Assembly: GCA_052246995.1 (NCBI GenBank) | Contig: JBQPWD010000003.1 | Coordinates: 128,001 to 192,000, forward strand | Length of the DNA: 64,000 nt | Source of the DNA: Candidatus Bathyarchaeota archaeon | Lineage (GTDB): Archaea; Thermoproteota; Bathyarchaeia; Hecatellales; Hecatellaceae | Direction: 5' to 3' | The notes under the pieces: generated by a model | The model's database searches: none | Told to the model about the DNA's origin: nothing | What the model saw: the letters and a program-made list of their open reading frames with translations, nothing else | Made by a program: the position numbers and the translations under genes | In this document: positions 1 to 9,456 of the stretch, piece after piece | Layout of the letters: each line of letters opens with the position of its first letter | How positions within the stretch are numbered: position 1 is the first letter of the stretch

Positions 1-67
1 GAGGTATTTTAACGATAAACCATTAATGTTTGTTAGGCTAGGTTAATATGTTGATGGTGTAAAGGTT

Positions 68-754
68 TTGGTTTGTTTAAGGGAGAAAAATAGGGTTATT
101 CACGCATTAGATGTTGAGGATAGGGATAAAGCTTTAAAGATTGTTAAAGCTGTTAAGGATTTCGTTGATGCGGTAAAGCTTTCCTACCCATTAATCCTTA
201 TGAAAAGTTTAAAAATTGTTGGTGAAATTAAAGAACACTCAGACAATTTACCGTTAATCTTAGATTTTAAAGTTGCAGATATACCTTCAATCTGTGAAAA
301 AATTGTGAATGTTTGCGGTAAAGCTGAGGCTAATGGAATTATCGTTCACGGCTTTATGGGTAGTGATTCCGTGAAAACATGTGTAGATGCTGCAAAAAAG
401 TGGAACTTGGATGTTTATGTTGTTGTTGAAATGTCTCATCCAGGTGCGGTTGAATTTTTACAACCTGTAGGTGAAAAAATAGCTGAAATGGCTAAAAATT
501 TGGGTGCTACTGGCATTGTTGCACCTGCAACAAGACCTGAAAGAATTAAAAGGTATAGGTCTATCGTAGGGGAAGAAATGATAATAATGTCTCCAGGTGT
601 AGGTGTACAAGGTGGAAGAGTAGGAGATGCTATTCTTTATGGAGCAAACTTTGAAATTGTAGGCCGCTTAATATATGAATCACCAAACCCGAAAAAAACA
701 GCCCAAGAAATAAACCAAAAGATTATGGAAGCTTACATGAAATTTAAACATTAA
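68..754 (+). CDS. pyrF: Orotidine 5'-phosphate decarboxylase
   Basis: ALD, DFKVADIP catalytic motif, MSHPG, SPGVGVQGG, IVGR. Confidence 0.96.
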   Translation: MVCLREKNRVIHALDVEDRDKALKIVKAVKDFVDAVKLSYPLILMKSLKIVGEIKEHSDNLPLILDFKVADIPSICEKIVNVCGKAEANGIIVHGFMGSDSVKTCVDAAKKWNLDVYVVVEMSHPGAVEFLQPVGEKIAEMAKNLGATGIVAPATRPERIKRYRSIVGEEMIIMSPGVGVQGGRVGDAILYGANFEIVGRLIYESPNPKKTAQEINQKIMEAYMKFKH

Positions 755-850
755 CGAAAGAATCAAAAACTTTAAGTTTGCAACTTAAATAAGCTTTCAC
801 CATTCTAAGACTGCAAGCCTTATGCCTTAAAGTATAAACCATGTGCTTGT

Positions 851-1507
851 TTAAGCACTTACAGGCTGCTTTTCTAAAGCTTTTCTTATCTTTTTTAACT
901 CCTCTAAAATCTCCAATCCTACATCCCGTGTTTCAAATGCTCCGAAAAGTGGTCTACCCCCTCACTATGTTAATTATCAAGTCTCTTATCTCAGTAAAGT
1001 TTGAGATTCCCCAAATTGTTGCTTCTGCACTTCTAGTCATTGGCCCGGCAGACCCGCCAGCTCGTCCAGTATATCCGGCTGTGTACACGTAAACTGATCC
1101 TAAACCAAACATCCTTGAAATAGGCCCCTGAATTATGTCTACGGACATGATACGTGAGTATGGAACAACATGTCTCATTTTCCACCATACCCCTCTCTCT
1201 CAACAACTACTTCACCCTTTTCAAGGGTAAAATAGATAGAATCGTAATACTTTGGAATCCAGTAAGCTATAAAACCGAAAATTGCAAACACTACGGCTAG
1301 TGGTATAAAGGTAAAAGGCCAAACCATGCTCCAAATTTGGGGTTCAAAAGTGAACACAACCAAAACTGGTAAAACTGTAGCAATAACTACTGGAATAGTT
1401 ACAAGCAAAAGATAAACACCATAAACCTTCTTCAAGTTTGGATGTGGCTTAAACTTCTCACCAACCTTCAACCTAACACCAAACAAACAAAATAATTCAG
1501 TTACCAT
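851..1507 (-). pseudogene. Membrane protein with bacterial PH domain (YdbS-like), two frameshifts
   Basis: Two TM helices. Removing 2 nt from the GA repeat at 1190-1201 gives VERGVWWKMRHVVPYSRI. Removing one G at 957-961 extends it to ...IVRGRPLFG...ILEELKKIRKALEKQPVSA* ending at 851. Could be sequencing error. Confidence 0.7.
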
Positions 1508-1641
1508 AATAAAGTTTATTCAAAAAGCTTTCAGCTTCAGTAAGCCACATTCCGTTGTTGCTGTTAACGGAAATTAATAAAAAAGCATTGTGGCAAACAG
1601 CCTAGAAACGTTTTTTTACTATTTTGAACATACTATCCCTA

Positions 1642-2838
1642 ATGATCTTGGAGTTACCTAGGCGTGCGGAGCATTTTGGTGCAGTTCGATTTTATGACGT
1701 GCAGAGAGTTTACGAGCTAGATTCTGGTATGAAAAGATTTCCCACCAAGGCTAGGGAGGCAGTGGCAACTATATCAAGTGAGGATATAGGAAAAATTAAT
1801 CAGAAGATGGCGATAGTGGTTCCTATCAAAGACGAAAGGCTTAAACTTTTTGAGGGTGTTCTAAGCGGAATTCCTCACGATTGCCATGTAATTGTGGTTT
1901 CGAATAGTAGAAGGTCTCCTGTTGATAGGTTTATGATGGAAGTGCAACTACTGAAGCGATTTAATCACTTTGTGGGCGATGAGATTCTCGTAATACACCA
2001 ACAGGATCCGGGACTCTCGGAAGCTTTAAGAAACGCTGGTTTTGATTCCATCCTTGATGAAACGGGGTCTGTTAGAAGCGGTAAGGCTGAAGCCATGGTG
2101 ATAGGTATATTTCTGGCGAAGATGCTTGGTAAGGAATATGTTGGTTTCATAGATGCTGACAATTATTTGCCAGGCGCTGTCCACGAGTACGTTGAAATTT
2201 ATGCGGCTGGTTTCACTCAAGCCGAAAGCCCGTTTTCCATGGTTAGAGTTTCATGGGTTTACAAGCCCAAAATTAGAGAGGACGGGCTATTCTTCGTCAA
2301 ATTTGGAAGGGTTTCGGCGGTTTCTAATGATTGCCTTAATTTGTTGTTGTCAAGTTATACTGGTTTCGGGACAGATGTTATAAAGACCGCCAACTCAGGA
2401 GAGCATGCCATGAGCATGCAGTTAGCTGAGCTCCTGTATTACGCATCTGGGTTTGCTGCTGAAACATATGAGGTAGTTAACCTTATGGAGCAGTTCGGAG
2501 GAGTAATCCCAACTCCTTCTCAAGTTGCCTCTCAAGCTACATCATTAGGGGTTGATGTCTTTCAAGTAGAGAGTCGAAATCCTCACCTGCATGAAGAAAA
2601 GGGAGAAAGCCACATAAAAGAAATGCTTCTTTCATCTATAGGCGCAATATATCATTCCCAAATCTGCCCACCACCGTTGAAGGATAATATCGTCTCCATC
2701 TGCGCAAGACACGGCTTCAAAGTTGGGGAAGAAGAAATTCCGTGCCCAGTAAAGATTAGGCCTCCATGCGAGTTAGATATGAATAAATTTGCTGTTGAAG
2801 TACAGAAAAATTCCCAAACGTTAATGGAGTTAAAATAG
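1642..2838 (+). CDS. mpgS: Mannosyl-3-phosphoglycerate synthase (GT55)
   Basis: ELPRRAEHFGAV start, FEGVLSGIPH, RSGKAEAM, GFIDADNY, NSGEHAM, NPHLHEEKG. ATG 1642 preferred over TTG 1624. Confidence 0.93.
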   Translation: MILELPRRAEHFGAVRFYDVQRVYELDSGMKRFPTKAREAVATISSEDIGKINQKMAIVVPIKDERLKLFEGVLSGIPHDCHVIVVSNSRRSPVDRFMMEVQLLKRFNHFVGDEILVIHQQDPGLSEALRNAGFDSILDETGSVRSGKAEAMVIGIFLAKMLGKEYVGFIDADNYLPGAVHEYVEIYAAGFTQAESPFSMVRVSWVYKPKIREDGLFFVKFGRVSAVSNDCLNLLLSSYTGFGTDVIKTANSGEHAMSMQLAELLYYASGFAAETYEVVNLMEQFGGVIPTPSQVASQATSLGVDVFQVESRNPHLHEEKGESHIKEMLLSSIGAIYHSQICPPPLKDNIVSICARHGFKVGEEEIPCPVKIRPPCELDMNKFAVEVQKNSQTLMELK

Positions 2839-2859
2839 CGACTGGAGGTTTAGAAAGCC

Positions 2860-3528
2860 ATATCAAGACTTGTAGCTTTTGACATGGATGGAACCCTCCT
2901 CAATGGAAGGGTCATTTATACCATAGGCCGCAAGCTTGGTTTCACATCTGAAATCGAAAAAATCGCCAAGTCCTCAAAGATTCCCTACGAGAGATCGCGA
3001 AAGATTGCAAAGCTTCTTAGAGGTTTAACCGTTTACGAGTTTACTGAAATAGTTAAAGCAATACCTCTTATGAAGGGTGCAGCGGAAACCGTTAAACTGT
3101 TGAGGGACAAAAACTACAAGGTTGGGATAATAAGCGATAGCTATACACTGGCAACGGAGATTGTTGCTCGTAGGCTAAAGATGGATTTTCACGTAGCAAA
3201 TATGCTAGAAGTGAAGAGCGGTGTTATAACAGGCTTTTTAAAAATGCCCATGGGTTGGGAAAAAATAGACTGTTATTGTAAGCAATCGGTTTGTAAACGT
3301 TACCACCTAATCAGTCTCGCAAAGGAGTACAACTTGAACCTATCTAAAACCGTTGCGATAGGCGATTCCATCGCTGACCTTTGCATGTTAGAAAGCGCCG
3401 GAATCGGAATACTATTCAACCCCAAAGACAATAATATCCCAAAGAATGTAGTAAGTTATGTAATACAGGGCAAAGACCTCCAGGCGATATTAGACTATTT
3501 AAACACCCACATGAACCCGCAACCTTAA
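2860..3528 (+). CDS. HAD phosphatase (SerB-like), probable mannosyl-3-phosphoglycerate phosphatase by context
   Basis: RLVAFDMDGTL motif I starts upstream of the ORF-track ATG at 2884; AIGDSIAD motif IV; candidate ATA start at 2860 after GGAGG. Confidence 0.75.
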   Translation: MSRLVAFDMDGTLLNGRVIYTIGRKLGFTSEIEKIAKSSKIPYERSRKIAKLLRGLTVYEFTEIVKAIPLMKGAAETVKLLRDKNYKVGIISDSYTLATEIVARRLKMDFHVANMLEVKSGVITGFLKMPMGWEKIDCYCKQSVCKRYHLISLAKEYNLNLSKTVAIGDSIADLCMLESAGIGILFNPKDNNIPKNVVSYVIQGKDLQAILDYLNTHMNPQP

Positions 3529-3561
3529 GCAAAGCTTTAAAGATTCGCTTAAAAAATTAAG

Positions 3562-3635
3562 TGGACCGGGCGGGATTTGAACCCGCGACCTTCGGATTGC
3601 AAATCCGACGCGCATTCCAGCTGCGCCACCGGCCC
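3562..3635 (-). tRNA. tRNA-Ala(TGC), intronless, CCA not encoded
   Basis: Reverse complement folds as a cloverleaf: acceptor GGGCCGG/CCGGTCC with G3:U70, anticodon arm TCGGA-TTTGCAA-TCCGA, T arm GCGGG-TTCAAAT-CCCGC, discriminator A. Confidence 0.95.
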
Positions 3636-3763
3636 TACCTTAATTTTTTCATGGTATTTTAAATTAACTTTTTCCAGTTAAGAGGCTACCTTTATTTTTT
3701 GTTGGTTTACAAGTATAACATTAGTTTAATGTTTTCCTGCTTTACTTTATGTTAATGTTTCTT

Positions 3764-4192
3764 TCAACCCTCGTTTAAAAGTTTTTCAATTACTTGTTTA
3801 ACTTCGCTTTCAGGTAAAGCACCTATTATTCTTTCAACCTCAACACCATTTTTAAGGAATACTAGTGTTGGGATTGCTGTAATGTTGTACATTGAGGCTG
3901 TTTTCGGGTTTTGGTCAACGTCAACCTTTGCAAACACAACTTTTCCAGCGTATTGTTTTGCCAACTTATCTATGATTGGGGCAATAATCCTACATGGTGG
4001 ACACCATGTTGCCCAAAAGTCCACAACAACAAGCTTATGTGTGTCAACAAAAAGCTGAAAATTTTCATCATAAACATTAACAGGTTTACCTGAAGTGTTT
4101 TCACGACTTAATTGCTCAGATTTTTTAAATCTTTCCACAATCTCTTCAAGCTTTTTTCTTTTAATTTCTTCAAGCTCTCTATCTTCACTCAT
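3764..4192 (-). CDS. trxA: Thioredoxin with N-terminal helical extension
   Basis: VVDFWATWCPPC, IPT cis-Pro loop; likely start ATG 4192 (MSEDRELEEI). Confidence 0.92.
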   Translation of the reverse strand: MSEDRELEEIKRKKLEEIVERFKKSEQLSRENTSGKPVNVYDENFQLFVDTHKLVVVDFWATWCPPCRIIAPIIDKLAKQYAGKVVFAKVDVDQNPKTASMYNITAIPTLVFLKNGVEVERIIGALPESEVKQVIEKLLNEG

Positions 4193-4398
4193 TACCGCAT
4201 CAGCCCTACAAGTTTGAGAATTCTCAGTATAAAACAAGTTAAAGCTTAAGATTTAAACTTATTATATACCAGTTATCCTTTTAAATATTAGCAAAAAGCC
4301 TTTTCCGTGGTGGAAAAGGTTAATGGGCAGGAAAGACGTTAAAAAGGATGAGCCATTTTATTGAATATTGCTTCAAAGCCACCCATGAGGGGGGATAA

Positions 4399-4827
4399 TT
4401 GGTTACAGTTTACGATGTACCTGCAAACAGTTTAATAGAAAAAATTGCAGAATATTTACTGGAAAATGTTGAGGAAGTTAAACCTCCAAGCTGGGCTAGA
4501 TTTGTTAAGACTGGTTCCCATAGGCAACGTCCACCTGACAGGGATGATTGGTGGTACATTAGGTGTGCATCACTTCTAAGAAAATTGTACGTTAAAGGTC
4601 CTATTGGTCTTTCAAGGCTTAGAAGGATGTATGGTGGCAGAAAAACAGGTAAAATAAGGCCTGAACATCCTAGAAAAGCTGGTGGAGCTATAATCAGGAA
4701 AGCTCTTCAACAACTTGAAAAAGCAGGATTGGTTAAAGCTATATCGGGAAAAGGTAGAGTATTAACAGATGAGGGAAAAAGTCTTCTTGATAGGCTTGCA
4801 TTTGAAGTAAAAAGTAAGATGGGGTGA
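4399..4827 (+). CDS. rps19e: 30S ribosomal protein S19e
   Basis: [35 protein letters not shown]. Confidence 0.97.
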   Translation: MVTVYDVPANSLIEKIAEYLLENVEEVKPPSWARFVKTGSHRQRPPDRDDWWYIRCASLLRKLYVKGPIGLSRLRRMYGGRKTGKIRPEHPRKAGGAIIRKALQQLEKAGLVKAISGKGRVLTDEGKSLLDRLAFEVKSKMG

Positions 4828-4831
4828 AAAC

Positions 4832-5155
4832 TTGGCTGAGGAGGATGTTGAGCTTCAAAAATTAAAACAGCAAAGATTAGTAGAACTTCAAAGAAGAGCT
4901 GCGGAGGAAGAGGCTAAAGCCAAAATTGAAATGGAAAAGCAAGCAGCTTTAAGAGTAATACTTACACCTGAAGCAAGACAAAGACTTGCAAACATAAAAA
5001 TTGTTAGACCTGAATTTGCTGAAAAACTTGAGCTTCAACTTATTCAACTCGCCCAAACAGGTAGAATAAACCTGCCTATAACCGATGAACAGTTAAAAGA
5101 AATTTTAAGAAGAGTATCAGAGAAAAAAAGAGATTTTACAATTAGAAGAATTTAA
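4832..5155 (+). CDS. PDCD5-like DNA-binding protein
   Basis: [37 protein letters not shown]; conserved position after S19e. Confidence 0.93.
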   Translation: MAEEDVELQKLKQQRLVELQRRAAEEEAKAKIEMEKQAALRVILTPEARQRLANIKIVRPEFAEKLELQLIQLAQTGRINLPITDEQLKEILRRVSEKKRDFTIRRI

Positions 5156-5167
5156 AGGGTGTAATTT

Positions 5168-5323
5168 TTGGCTAGAGTTAAAACTTTACCCAAAAAGCTT
5201 AGACTTGCAAAAGCCTACAAGCAGGCTAGACCTGTTCCGGCATGGGTTGTAGCTAAAACTATGAGAAAAGTTAGAAGAACTCCAACACAAAGACATTGGC
5301 GTAGAACTAAGATTAAGGTTTAA
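5168..5323 (+). CDS. rpl39e: 50S ribosomal protein L39e (51 aa, absent from ORF track)
   Basis: TTG start; [51 protein letters not shown]; lies between PDCD5 and L31e. Confidence 0.96.
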   Translation: MARVKTLPKKLRLAKAYKQARPVPAWVVAKTMRKVRRTPTQRHWRRTKIKV

Positions 5324-5337
5324 AGGAGGTTTAATAA

Positions 5338-5643
5338 ATGTCTGCCAAAGAAAAAAGTGGCAGTGAAGAAAGATTTTACACAATACCTCTTAGAAGGGCA
5401 TGGGTTGCACCATTTCCTGAAAGAACACCTAAAGCAATAAGGACTCTAAAAAACTTTTTAAGAAGAAATTTGAAAACTGATAACTTTAAAATTGATGAAA
5501 GCTTAAACAAGATTATTTGGAGGAGAGGTATAGAAAAACCTCCAAGAAATGTAAGAGTAAAAATTGTTAAAAAGGATGATGTTTACGTTGTTTATCCATT
5601 AGAAGCTAAGGTTGAAGGAGAAGGTGAAGGTGGCGAAAGTTAG
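5338..5643 (+). CDS. rpl31e: 50S ribosomal protein L31e
   Basis: ERFYTIPLR, LNKIIWRRGIEKPP; GGAGG upstream. Confidence 0.96.
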   Translation: MSAKEKSGSEERFYTIPLRRAWVAPFPERTPKAIRTLKNFLRRNLKTDNFKIDESLNKIIWRRGIEKPPRNVRVKIVKKDDVYVVYPLEAKVEGEGEGGES

Positions 5644-5645
5644 TT

Positions 5646-6542
5646 TTACTCTTTTAAACTTTTATTAAGGAAGTTAAGCTCAAAGTTTAAAACATCCTTT
5701 ATTCCTTCTTTCAGGCTAATTTTTGGTTTATAACCTTCAAGTTTAATTTTTTCTATGTTTAATACATTTCTCTCGATTTCCCCTTCCTCCTTCGGAAGAT
5801 ACTCGACTTTAAAGCTTATTTTAAACTCATTCCTTAAAATTTTCACAACATCGTTTATGCTGTGCTCCACACCGGTTCCAACATTGTACGTGCCTGTTAA
5901 ACCTTTGTCAATGATAAGCTCAATAGCTGAAACAACATCTGAAACATGAGTAAAATCTCTTGTCTGATTTCCATCTCCAGTGATGTGGCAAACACCATTT
6001 CTTAAAACATCATAAATTATTCTGTTAACAGGGCCATGACGTTTACCTGGTTGAGGACCATAAACAGAAGATAAACGTATAATTGTTGACTTTTGAGGAT
6101 AAAGCATTTGAATATATTTTTCGCATGTAAGCTTAGATAGACCGTAAGGGCTGATAGGGTTTGTTGGATGATTTTCAGGTATGGGGACTGTTGAAGGCTT
6201 ACCGTATACCGCCGCTGAAGATGAAAAAATTAGGTCTGAACCGTAGCTTAAAGCTAACCTTAAAACGTTTAATGTTCCAATAATGTTTTTTGTTGCATCT
6301 TCAACAGGATCGTCAAAACTTTTCGGGATGTAAGCTTGAGCTGCGGTATGGATGATTATTGACGGTTTTAGATTTTCTACAGTCTTTTTAAGACTATCAT
6401 AATCTCTTATGTCACATACAAGAGTATCCTCATCCTTAACCACATCGATACCTAAAACCACGTTAATCTCAGGTTTTTCTCTTAATCTTTCCACAATCTT
6501 TTTACCAATAAACCCTGCACTTCCAGTAACAAGAACATTCAT
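5646..6542 (-). CDS. NAD-dependent epimerase/dehydratase (GalE-like extended SDR)
   Basis: VTGSAGFIG, SSSAAVYG, YGLSK, GDGNQTRDF. Confidence 0.9.
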   Translation of the reverse strand: MNVLVTGSAGFIGKKIVERLREKPEINVVLGIDVVKDEDTLVCDIRDYDSLKKTVENLKPSIIIHTAAQAYIPKSFDDPVEDATKNIIGTLNVLRLALSYGSDLIFSSSAAVYGKPSTVPIPENHPTNPISPYGLSKLTCEKYIQMLYPQKSTIIRLSSVYGPQPGKRHGPVNRIIYDVLRNGVCHITGDGNQTRDFTHVSDVVSAIELIIDKGLTGTYNVGTGVEHSINDVVKILRNEFKISFKVEYLPKEEGEIERNVLNIEKIKLEGYKPKISLKEGIKDVLNFELNFLNKSLKE

Positions 6543-6789
6543 AATGTTTCCCTTCTCAAGGTAATAACAATAAATAGCTTTAAAAAGTTTTTAGTTTTGC
6601 ATATTTTTACAAACTGGCCCGTTTTAAAAGTTTTAAGATTTTATGTTCTAAACATGGTTTTCAAATTTTTAGCTTTCCAGTAGCTTACACGTTTTCCATT
6701 TTTACTAATTTACAACTTGTCATTTTGCATTATTCCGCCGTGTTTATCTCTAAGATTTTTTACGTTTTTTAGCTTTGCTGGTTTTCCAT

Positions 6790-6984
6790 TTAACCTAAGT
6801 TTCTTATTAACCCCTTTTCTTTTAACCATTCAACTATTATACGTCTAACCAAAGCTGACCTTGAAGGTTCATGGAAAGCTTTTTTAAGCCTTTCTAGGAT
6901 ACACCATAAGCTTTCCGGTAAACTGATGGTTTTCTGCGAAATATGTTCTTTAGGGTTTTCAGGTATGCTTATAGGTCTAACCAT
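6790..6984 (-). CDS. Ribbon-helix-helix (CopG-like) regulator
   Basis: KTISLPESL...L...SRSALVRRII pattern; GGAGG upstream. Confidence 0.75.
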   Translation of the reverse strand: MVRPISIPENPKEHISQKTISLPESLWCILERLKKAFHEPSRSALVRRIIVEWLKEKGLIRNLG

Positions 6985-7130
6985 AAATTTTAACCTCCCA
7001 GATTGTTAAATCTTTAATTTAATCTAGTTATTCTGTGAAAGTTTCATGACCATCAAAAAACTATTCATCCTTGAGGTTTTTGAAGATTTTTGCTTTAATT
7101 TTTTAAAGAAAACGCTCTTTGCTTTTATCT

Positions 7131-7252
7131 TAGCTAGCTAAAAATTCTAATGGAAAATGCGATACAATTTACTATATTTTTATGTTATACATTTTTTTGT
7201 AAAAGTTTATGATAAAGTTCAAAGTTTAGCCTACTAGGATTTTAGCTAGCTA
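7131..7252. repeat. Imperfect 18-19 bp inverted repeat with palindromic TAGCTAGCTA ends
   Basis: 7131-7149 tagctagctaaaaattcta vs 7235-7252 taggattttagctagcta (one mismatch, one gap). Confidence 0.65.
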
Positions 7253-7272
7253 CCATATTTTTTCTTTGAAGG

Positions 7273-7479
7273 CTAGTTCATGTTAACTTCGATTATAATT
7301 TTATTTTCTATCCTGTAAGCTTTAGCAGTTTTACCTATAAAATCTTCAATTTCACTCTTCATCTTAGATGAAATGTTTATAACGAGTTTTGGATACTTTC
7401 TCCATCTTCTACCTTTAAGCTTACTAAAACTACTCCAAAAACTAATTTTGCATGGATAATACTTGAAGTTTTCTTTCAT
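7273..7479 (-). CDS. Small basic hypothetical protein, possibly AbrB-like
   Basis: 68 aa, Lys-rich, YPKLVINIS...KIIIEV strand pattern; family call is weak. Confidence 0.4.
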   Translation of the reverse strand: MKENFKYYPCKISFWSSFSKLKGRRWRKYPKLVINISSKMKSEIEDFIGKTAKAYRIENKIIIEVNMN

Positions 7480-7605
7480 AAAAACTGCTAATAAAAATTT
7501 TGGGTATAAGCATAAGAGATTAGTGAAAGTAAATTTAAGAATGGAATGATGAGAAAAAGAGAAATTTATTGTTTTTAATTAGAATTTTATTCTAGGTGAA
7601 CGGCA

Positions 7606-9456
7606 TTACTTCCAAAGTTCTTTAGCTTGTTTCTCTAAACTCAGGCTTAAAAGCTTATTTTTTGATGGTTTACCTGTATTCCAGTCTATCTCCCTAATTT
7701 TATAATACTTTTTGAGCATCTCATCGATGTTTGGGGAATATTCTAAGGTTGCACCATCTTTAAGTGGTTTAGTTAAACGGCTTGGCAGTTTTTCATCCCC
7801 TCTTCTCATTCCAAGCTTGATGTTTATGCATCTTTTAAGGTTGTATATTCTCTCACCAGTCATGTTTAACTCTAAAGGAGTTAACTGTAAACCTGTAACA
7901 GCGTTATAAAGATTTGTAATTGTTGTTAAAGAAAATGGTGAAAATTTACACAAAATTAGTGAATCAAAAACTTCTCTAACATTCTGAAACCTAATCATCA
8001 TACCAATTTTTCTTTCAGATTCATCAAATCTATCAGATGGAAATATCTCTAACTCTGGTAGACTTGTTGTAGTGACGTCAATAAGGAAATAATCTGGTCT
8101 TAAATGGCATCCACCCCTACTTCCAGTAACATAAGATAAAGCTTGCATTGAGAAGGCTCTAGGTTCATGCATTGGAACTTCAAGCCCCTTAACATGACAT
8201 AACTCCTCTTGACTTACACCAAGCTTTAAACCGACATTCTTGACTCCCTCAGCTAAAAGACTACCTACACCAATTCTTTTAGCAATTTTCTCAACTAAAC
8301 TTATAATCTTCCCAGAATCGCCGTAATCAATTCCCCCATTAAGCTCGTTACTTGTTAAAAAACCCTCCTTGTAAAGGTAGATTGAAAACGCCAAGACAAC
8401 ACCAGTTGATATTATATCAAGCCCGTAAACATTACATAGATGATAATTTTTAATAATGTCATCTAGGTTAAAAATTCCACAAAGAGGTCCAAGGGAAATT
8501 AACGCTTCATACCCTACAGTATCAACGTAATCTATCCCATTCTTGCCATAAAGAATTTTTTTACCACATCTTATAGGACAACCTATGCAAGGTTCATCCT
8601 TAACATAATAATTTAACTTTAAAGTTCTACCAGAAACCTTAACCATAGGAAAAACTGTTGAACTAAAGTAGTAGGCAGGAGTATCCCCAAAACCGTAACC
8701 AACAGAAACATATCCTGCAGGACTATACTCCTTAATTATGTGAATAAACGGGTTTAACCTAACTTCATTTAAAGCTAAATCTACAACTTCTCTTAAATTA
8801 TCAATTTTAGCTACTTCTGGTCTTTTATTACCATAAACAGCAACAGCTTTAAGTTTTTTAGAACCCATAACAGCACCTAAACCACATCTACCAGCAGCCC
8901 TACCACTATCATTTAACACACAAGCATACTTTACAAGGTTTTCACCTGCAGGGCCAATACATGCAACATAAACTTTTCTTCCCGTCTCCTTTTTGATTAC
9001 ATTCATAGTTTCATATGTTGAAATACCCCAAAGGTGAGAAGCATCTCTAAACTCAACTCCATCCTCTCCAACCAAAAGATAACAAGGTCTCTCTGATGAA
9101 CCAGTAATTAAAATACCATCATAACCCGTCTGTTTTAAGAAGACAGGAAAGTATCCTCCAGAAGTTGATTCACCCCATAAACTTGTTAAGGGAGACTTTC
9201 CTGCTAATGCGTATCTGCTTGAGAGAGGAACAATTGTACCTGTAAACGGGCCTGTTATAAAAAGTAGAGGGGCTTCCGGGGATAGAGGGTTTAAGTCTAA
9301 AGTTAGGTAATCATAAAGTATTGAGGTTGCAAGTCCCGTCCCACCAACAAAACTTTTAACTTCACCATCTTTAACCTCAACTTCAGAGAAACTCTTCCTT
9401 GATAAGTTAACCTGTAAAATTTTTCCATGAAAACCTCCAACAACCATCACTACCAC
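7606..9456 (-). CDS. aor: Aldehyde:ferredoxin oxidoreductase family (tungsten)
   Basis: KSPLT, IGPAGENLV, AAGRCGLGAVMGSKKLKAVAV, CIGCPIRC, GLDIISTG. Confidence 0.93.
   Translation of the reverse strand: MVVMVVGGFHGKILQVNLSRKSFSEVEVKDGEVKSFVGGTGLATSILYDYLTLDLNPLSPEAPLLFITGPFTGTIVPLSSRYALAGKSPLTSLWGESTSGGYFPVFLKQTGYDGILITGSSERPCYLLVGEDGVEFRDASHLWGISTYETMNVIKKETGRKVYVACIGPAGENLVKYACVLNDSGRAAGRCGLGAVMGSKKLKAVAVYGNKRPEVAKIDNLREVVDLALNEVRLNPFIHIIKEYSPAGYVSVGYGFGDTPAYYFSSTVFPMVKVSGRTLKLNYYVKDEPCIGCPIRCGKKILYGKNGIDYVDTVGYEALISLGPLCGIFNLDDIIKNYHLCNVYGLDIISTGVVLAFSIYLYKEGFLTSNELNGGIDYGDSGKIISLVEKIAKRIGVGSLLAEGVKNVGLKLGVSQEELCHVKGLEVPMHEPRAFSMQALSYVTGSRGGCHLRPDYFLIDVTTTSLPELEIFPSDRFDESERKIGMMIRFQNVREVFDSLILCKFSPFSLTTITNLYNAVTGLQLTPLELNMTGERIYNLKRCINIKLGMRRGDEKLPSRLTKPLKDGATLEYSPNIDEMLKKYYKIREIDWNTGKPSKNKLLSLSLEKQAKELWK

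Noticed and set aside
841-1092. Antisense shadow ORFs (also 5186-5383, 9967-10308, 40133-40603, 57648-58187, 63033-63422 and others)
   Set aside because: They lie opposite well-supported genes and carry no motifs.
1500-1623. att duplicate of the tRNA-Ala 3' end
   Set aside because: No matching repeat found by eye.
2829-2860. BHB intron joining mpgS to the HAD gene
   Set aside because: Candidate helices lack inner or outer stems, and the predicted excisions give a stop or frameshift.
7544-7605. C/D box sRNA from an ATGATGA motif
   Set aside because: No CTGA D box at a suitable distance, and the region is too AT-rich.
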